From Polyangiales bacterium (GTDB taxonomy: Bacteria; Myxococcota_A; Polyangia; Polyangiales; Polyangiaceae), in assembly GCA_038231275.1 (NCBI GenBank), contig JBBRLQ010000007.1:128001-192000 (forward strand): a DNA stretch of 64,000 nt, given 5' to 3'. The position numbers and the translations under genes are program-made. Below are positions 59,430-64,000 of the stretch, piece after piece (positions within the stretch are counted from its first letter, which is position 1; each line of letters opens with the position of its first letter). Under the pieces are notes generated by a model. It was not told the origin of the DNA. It worked only from the letters and a program-made list of their open reading frames with translations, and made no database searches.

Positions 59430-60149
59430 TCAGGCAGAGAGGAGCTTCGCCAGCCACGCGCGCGACGCCCGGGCGTCGATGGCGAGCGCGTCGAGCCCCG
59501 GGAAGATGACGTCGTCGAGCGCGTCGACGAAGACCTTGCGCCTCATCGCGTAGGGCAGGACGCCGTGCTCGACGAGCTCCGACTCCGAAGGGTCGTCGCT
59601 GCTGCCGCCGCCGCGTAAAGGGTCGCGCTTGAACGAGTCGCCGGCCGTCGTGCTCAGCATCCACGGGATCCATCGCGAGAGGAACGCGAGATCGTCGGTG
59701 TCCTTGTGGCTCGCCAGGATCGCCCAGCCGAGCCGCGCGTGCGCCACCTCGTCCTTCGACAGCTCGCGGAGGAGCCGTCGCATCTTCACTCCGCGCACGT
59801 TCTGGATCAGCGTGACGAGCATGACGGAGCTCTCCGTCTCCGAGAGGCAGAAGGCCGCCACTTCGTAGAGCGCGCGCTTGCGGGACGTCAGGCGCGGCGG
59901 CGCGATCTCGCTCGGCGCATCGCTCATCGGCAGGAGCGGGCGCTTGTAGTGGTCGGCGAGCTCCGCGCAGAGCTCGGCGTGACGCCCCTCGTCCTTCGAC
60001 GCCTCGTGCGTCTTCGCGATCAGCGACGCCGGGGTTCCGATGCGCTCCAGCCGACCCGCCAAACGTGCGAAGCGCGCTTGCGCGTCACGCTCGACCCAGT
60101 TCCGGAAGGCCCACGCCTTGCCGGCGACGACGCGACTCTCCTCGCGCAC
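59430..60149 (-). CDS. Ferritin-like di-iron domain protein
   Basis: Pattern E...DEGRH...ETES...DEVAH in a helical bundle. GTG start 2 nt after the upstream stop. Confidence 0.8.
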   Translation of the reverse strand: MREESRVVAGKAWAFRNWVERDAQARFARLAGRLERIGTPASLIAKTHEASKDEGRHAELCAELADHYKRPLLPMSDAPSEIAPPRLTSRKRALYEVAAFCLSETESSVMLVTLIQNVRGVKMRRLLRELSKDEVAHARLGWAILASHKDTDDLAFLSRWIPWMLSTTAGDSFKRDPLRGGGSSDDPSESELVEHGVLPYAMRRKVFVDALDDVIFPGLDALAIDARASRAWLAKLLSA

Positions 60150-60151
60150 GA

Positions 60152-60445
60152 CTACCAGCTGCAGAGGCCGTGCGAGCAGTCCCCGGGCCTGTTGAGGCAC
60201 GCGTCCGCCGCGGCGAGCGCGTCGGAGATTCCCCCGTCGGCGGCGCCTTCGCTCTGGGCATCGGCAGGTCCGCCGCCCGTGTCCGCCTCCGCGTCGGAGC
60301 CCGAAGGACTGTCCTTCGCGCCGCCGCCGTCGTTGCTCGCGGTGGTCGTCGGATCGCTGGAGCACGCGGGCGCCGCCATCGCGAGACCCCCCGCGACGAG
60401 GACGTGAAAGAGCTTCTTGGAAGGGCGTGACGGAATGGAAGCCAT
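60152..60445 (-). CDS. Small lipoprotein-like peptide with acidic linker and C-terminal CX6CX4CSW
   Basis: 97 aa, lipobox-like APA-C, Asp/Gly/Ala linker, ending CLNRPGDCSHGLCSW. Confidence 0.7.
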   Translation of the reverse strand: MASIPSRPSKKLFHVLVAGGLAMAAPACSSDPTTTASNDGGGAKDSPSGSDAEADTGGGPADAQSEGAADGGISDALAAADACLNRPGDCSHGLCSW

Positions 60446-60575
60446 GCCCCGAGTATGACCGAAGGGACCGCCGACGTCGACGACGCCGGCGGACGAGACA
60501 CCGAACGCACGAAGACCCCGCGGTTTCCCGCGAGGCCCTCGTTCGTGTCATCGAACTTCGGTTACGACGATCCGC

Positions 60576-63500
60576 TCAGGAGCAACCCATCGAGTTGCCG
60601 CAGTTGAGGCACTTGTAGCAAGCGCCGTTGCGAACCGTGATGTGACCGCAGACGTCGCACACCGGTGCGTCGCCCATCATCTCTTCGAGCTGCGCGTCGA
60701 GCGCGCTCGTGGCGCTCGCCGTCGTCGTCTCCATGCCGGGGAAGCTCGCGCTGTGCTTGCTCCCTTCGAGCCCCTCGCTCATGGACGCGGATCGTGCGAC
60801 CGCCTCCTTGGTGTGCGACAGCGCGGGCATCTCCATCGTCTTGCTCAGGTTGGAGAAGTCACGCGTCGAGCTCACGTCGCGGCCCGAGATGGGGGCCGCG
60901 TCGACCTCGCGGTACGGGGTCTTGGGCTGGTCGACCGACACGTCCTCGCCTTCCGGCTTCACGTGCGCCAAGTCGTAACGGTGCAGGTACTCGATGCCGA
61001 GCACGCGGAACAGGTAATCGACGATCGACGTCGCCAGCTTGACGTTCGGGTGTCCCTCGACCGAGCCCTGCGGCTCGAAGCGGGTGAACGTGAACTGCTC
61101 CACGTACGTCTCGAGCGGCACGCCGAACTGCAGGCCGATCGACACGCTCATCGCGAAGCAGTTCATGAGGCTGCGGAAGGCCGCACCCTCCTTGTGCATG
61201 TCGATGAAGATCTCGCCGAGCGTGCCGTCCTGGTACTCGCCGGTGCGGAGGAAGATCTTGTGACCGCCGACGCGTCCCTCCTGCGTGAAGCCGTGGCGCT
61301 TGCGCGGCAGGCGGACGCGGAGGCCGTGCGGGCGGGTGAGCGGGAGGACGAGCTGCTGCGTGTCCTGCTGCTCGGTCGTGATCGGGATCGGCGAGAGGCC
61401 GGGCATGAGCGTGTCGGCCTTGGCCTTGGCCGCCGCCGCGTCCTTCTTGTCCTTTGCGTCGTCCTTGCTCTCTTTGCTCGAGGTGGAGAGCGGCTGCGAC
61501 GCCTTGCATCCGTCGCGGTAAAGCGCGACCGCCTTGAGGCCGAGGCGCCAGCCCTCCTCGTAGACCTTCGCGATTTCTTCGACGGTGGCCTCGTTGGGGA
61601 GGTTGACCGTCTTGCTGATGGCGCCTGAGAGGAAGGGCTGCGTCGCGCCCATCATCTTCACGTGGCTCATCGGCGCGAGGTAGCGAACGCCCGTCTTTCC
61701 GCAGCGGTTCGCGCAATCGAAGATCGCGTAGTGCTCCGGCTTGAGGTACGGCGCGCCTTCGATCGTCATGTGACCGACGATGGCGTCGTTCGCCTCCTCG
61801 ATCGCCTCCTTCGAGAAGCCGAGGTGCGTGAGGAGGCTGAAGCCCTTCTTGCTCTTCTGCTCCTTGCTCACACCGAGGCGCTCGTACGCCTCTTCGCCCA
61901 AGACCCACGGCCCGAAGGCGTAGTCGATCTCGAACACGCCCGGGAGCGCCGCCTCGGCCTTCGCGAGATCCGCGTCGGTGAGACCCTTCTCCTTCAGCGA
62001 CCGGCGGCTCACGTGCGGCGAGCCGAGGAGCGTGTTGGTGCCTTGCACGAAGGCCACGATCTCCTGCACCTCGCGCGCCGAGTAGCCGAGACGCGTGAGC
62101 GCCTTCGGCACCGACTGGTTCACGATCTTGAAGTAGCCGCCGCCGGCCAGCTTCTTGAACTTCACGAGCGCGAAGTCCGGCTCGATGCCGGTCGTGTCGC
62201 AGTCCATGAGGAGGCCGATGGTGCCGGTCGGCGCGAGCACGGTGGCCTGCGCGTTCCTGTACCCGTGCTTCTCGCCGAGCTTGACCGCGTGATCCCAGTC
62301 CTCGCACGCCGCCTTGTAGAGGTCGGACGGGCAGAGATCGCGGTTGATCGCGCGCGCGGCTTCGCGGTGCATCCCCATGACGCGGAGCATCGAGTCGCGG
62401 TTCTTCGCGTAGCCGACGAACGGCGTCTTCGCGGCGGCCATCTCGGCGCTCGTCTTGTAGGCGTGGCCGCACATGATCGCGGTGAGCGCGCCGGCGATGG
62501 CGCGACCCTCGTCCGAGTCGTACGGCACGCCGAGCTGCATCAGCATGGAGCCGAGGTTGGCGTAGCCGAGGCCGAGCGGGCGGTAGTCGTGGCTGTTTTT
62601 GGCGATCTGCTTGGTCGGGTAGCTCGAGAGATCGACCAGGATCTCCTGCGCGATGAAGAACGTGCGGCAGGCGTGGCGGTAGCCGTCGACGTCGAACGTC
62701 TGGCTGCCGTCGTCTGCGTCCTTGAGGAATTTGGTCAGGTTGACCGACGACAGGTTGCACGCCGTGTCGTCGAGGAACATGTACTCGGAGCACGGGTTCG
62801 ACGCGTTGATCTTCCCGCTGTTCGGGCACGTGTGCCACTTGTTGATCGTCGAGTCGTACTGCACGCCCGGATCGGCGCACGACCACGCGGCCTCGGCGAC
62901 CATCGTCCACAGGTCTTTGGCTTCGAGGGTCTCGCAGACCTCGCCGCTCGTGCGCATGATTGTCTGCCACTTGCCGCCCGCGAGGACCGCCTTCATGAAG
63001 TCGTCGGTCACGCGGATCGAGTTGTTCGAGTTCTGCCCGCTGATCGTGTGGTAGGCGTCGCCGTTGAAGTCGCTCGAGTAGCCGCCGGCGATGAGCGCGT
63101 GCGCCTTCTTCTCTTCGCGCTGCTTCCACTGGATGAAGTCGACGATCTCCGGGTGGTCCATGTCGAGGCAGACCATCTTGGCGGCGCGGCGCGTGGTGCC
63201 GCCGCTCTTCGTCGCGCCGGCCGCGCGATCGAACACCTCGAGGAAGCTCATGAGACCCGAGCTGGTGCCGCCGCCCGAGAGCTTCTCCTGCTTGCCGCGG
63301 ATCGAGCTGAAGTTGGTGCCGGTGCCGGAGCCGTACTTGAAGAGGCGCGCCTCGAACTTGATGAGGTCGTAGATGCTCATCAGGTCGTCGTCGACGTGCT
63401 GGATGAAGCAGGCCGAGCACTGCGGGCGCTCGTACGCGTTCGCCGTCTCCGTCATGGTGGAGGCGGACTCGTTGCCGTCCCACGCCCAGTTGCCGCCCGA

Positions 63501-64000
63501 GCCCTCGATGCCGTAGCGGTGCCAGAGGCCGCAGTTGAACCACACCGGGCTGTTGAACGCGCCGTACTGGTGGACGAGCAAGAAGGAGAGCTCGGCCTCG
63601 AACGTCTCGGCGTCGGCCTTCGTGGCGAAGTACCCGCCGAACTGCTCGCCCGCTTCGCGGATCGTGTGCGCGATGCGGTACACGACCTCACTGACGCTCT
63701 TCTCGCCCTTCGCCTTGTCGCCGTGCAGGCCGGCCTTGCGGAAATACTTGGAGATGACGATGTCCGTCGCGAGCTGGCTCCAGCCGGCGGGGATCTCGGC
63801 GCCTTCCATCTTGAAGACGACCGAGCCGTCGGGGTTCGTGATGATGCTCGATCGGCGCTCGTACTGAACCTCCTCGAGCGGGTTCACGCCCGGCGCGGTG
63901 AAGTGGCGCGGCATCGCGACGCCGGCGTGCGCGCCCTGCTTCGCCACGCCGGCGTGAGCGGTCGGCTTGGACGCCGCGCTCTTCGTCTTCGTACTAGGGA
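60576..64000 (-). CDS. nrdJ: Vitamin B12-dependent (class II) ribonucleotide reductase; 5' end probably outside the window
   Basis: FNSPVWFN, QCSACFI, SNPCSEY, ACNL, APTGTI and a C-terminal Cys cluster ending GCS. The frame stays open to the window edge. Confidence 0.97.
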   Translation of the reverse strand, partial: PSTKTKSAASKPTAHAGVAKQGAHAGVAMPRHFTAPGVNPLEEVQYERRSSIITNPDGSVVFKMEGAEIPAGWSQLATDIVISKYFRKAGLHGDKAKGEKSVSEVVYRIAHTIREAGEQFGGYFATKADAETFEAELSFLLVHQYGAFNSPVWFNCGLWHRYGIEGSGGNWAWDGNESASTMTETANAYERPQCSACFIQHVDDDLMSIYDLIKFEARLFKYGSGTGTNFSSIRGKQEKLSGGGTSSGLMSFLEVFDRAAGATKSGGTTRRAAKMVCLDMDHPEIVDFIQWKQREEKKAHALIAGGYSSDFNGDAYHTISGQNSNNSIRVTDDFMKAVLAGGKWQTIMRTSGEVCETLEAKDLWTMVAEAAWSCADPGVQYDSTINKWHTCPNSGKINASNPCSEYMFLDDTACNLSSVNLTKFLKDADDGSQTFDVDGYRHACRTFFIAQEILVDLSSYPTKQIAKNSHDYRPLGLGYANLGSMLMQLGVPYDSDEGRAIAGALTAIMCGHAYKTSAEMAAAKTPFVGYAKNRDSMLRVMGMHREAARAINRDLCPSDLYKAACEDWDHAVKLGEKHGYRNAQATVLAPTGTIGLLMDCDTTGIEPDFALVKFKKLAGGGYFKIVNQSVPKALTRLGYSAREVQEIVAFVQGTNTLLGSPHVSRRSLKEKGLTDADLAKAEAALPGVFEIDYAFGPWVLGEEAYERLGVSKEQKSKKGFSLLTHLGFSKEAIEEANDAIVGHMTIEGAPYLKPEHYAIFDCANRCGKTGVRYLAPMSHVKMMGATQPFLSGAISKTVNLPNEATVEEIAKVYEEGWRLGLKAVALYRDGCKASQPLSTSSKESKDDAKDKKDAAAAKAKADTLMPGLSPIPITTEQQDTQQLVLPLTRPHGLRVRLPRKRHGFTQEGRVGGHKIFLRTGEYQDGTLGEIFIDMHKEGAAFRSLMNCFAMSVSIGLQFGVPLETYVEQFTFTRFEPQGSVEGHPNVKLATSIVDYLFRVLGIEYLHRYDLAHVKPEGEDVSVDQPKTPYREVDAAPISGRDVSSTRDFSNLSKTMEMPALSHTKEAVARSASMSEGLEGSKHSASFPGMETTTASATSALDAQLEEMMGDAPVCDVCGHITVRNGACYKCLNCGNSMGCS

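Noticed and set aside
60576-64000. Long nrdJ: possible intein or intron
   Set aside because: No intein splice motifs or homing endonuclease were seen, and the length fits known long class II RNRs.

Overview
High-GC chromosomal window with densely packed genes. The FHA-sigma54 activator, eukaryotic-like kinases, PEGA/TPR proteins, MglA-like GTPase and Cys-rich lipoproteins point to a myxobacterium, probably Polyangiales (inference). I found no rRNA, tRNA, CRISPR array or mobile element. Housekeeping genes include asnS, gatB, an ftsB-like gene, thrB, thiL, methylmalonyl-CoA mutase and class II nrdJ. Two loci stand out. (1) A ~10.4 kb polyhydroxyalkanoate (PHA) cluster at 23012-33451 carries a phasin-like gene, phaR, a short phaE-like gene, an acyl-CoA ligase, class III phaC, phaZ and bdh. 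The operon carrying phaE-phaC begins with an uncharacterised envelope module: two paralogous lipoproteins, a lipoprotein alpha/beta hydrolase and an outer-membrane beta-barrel. Three PhaR-type boxes sit at its promoters and there is no phaA/phaB. This suggests an undescribed route for scavenging, importing and repolymerising esters. (2) A carrier-protein maintenance set with no NRPS/PKS in the window lies at 1-7561: Sfp PPTase, PptH-like hydrolase, MbtH and type II thioesterase, interleaved with a Ser/Thr kinase, a PP2C phosphatase, an FHA-sigma54 activator and a sigma54 promoter. Smaller oddities are a peroxiredoxin with a histone-like tail, an M48 protease-dynamin operon, an MglA-like GTPase coupled to a PocR kinase, a mini-HDOD gene, two likely pseudo-enzymes, and a Cys/Trp-tailed small lipoprotein paired with a ferritin-like enzyme. 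All family calls come from motif recognition by eye, with no database searches.
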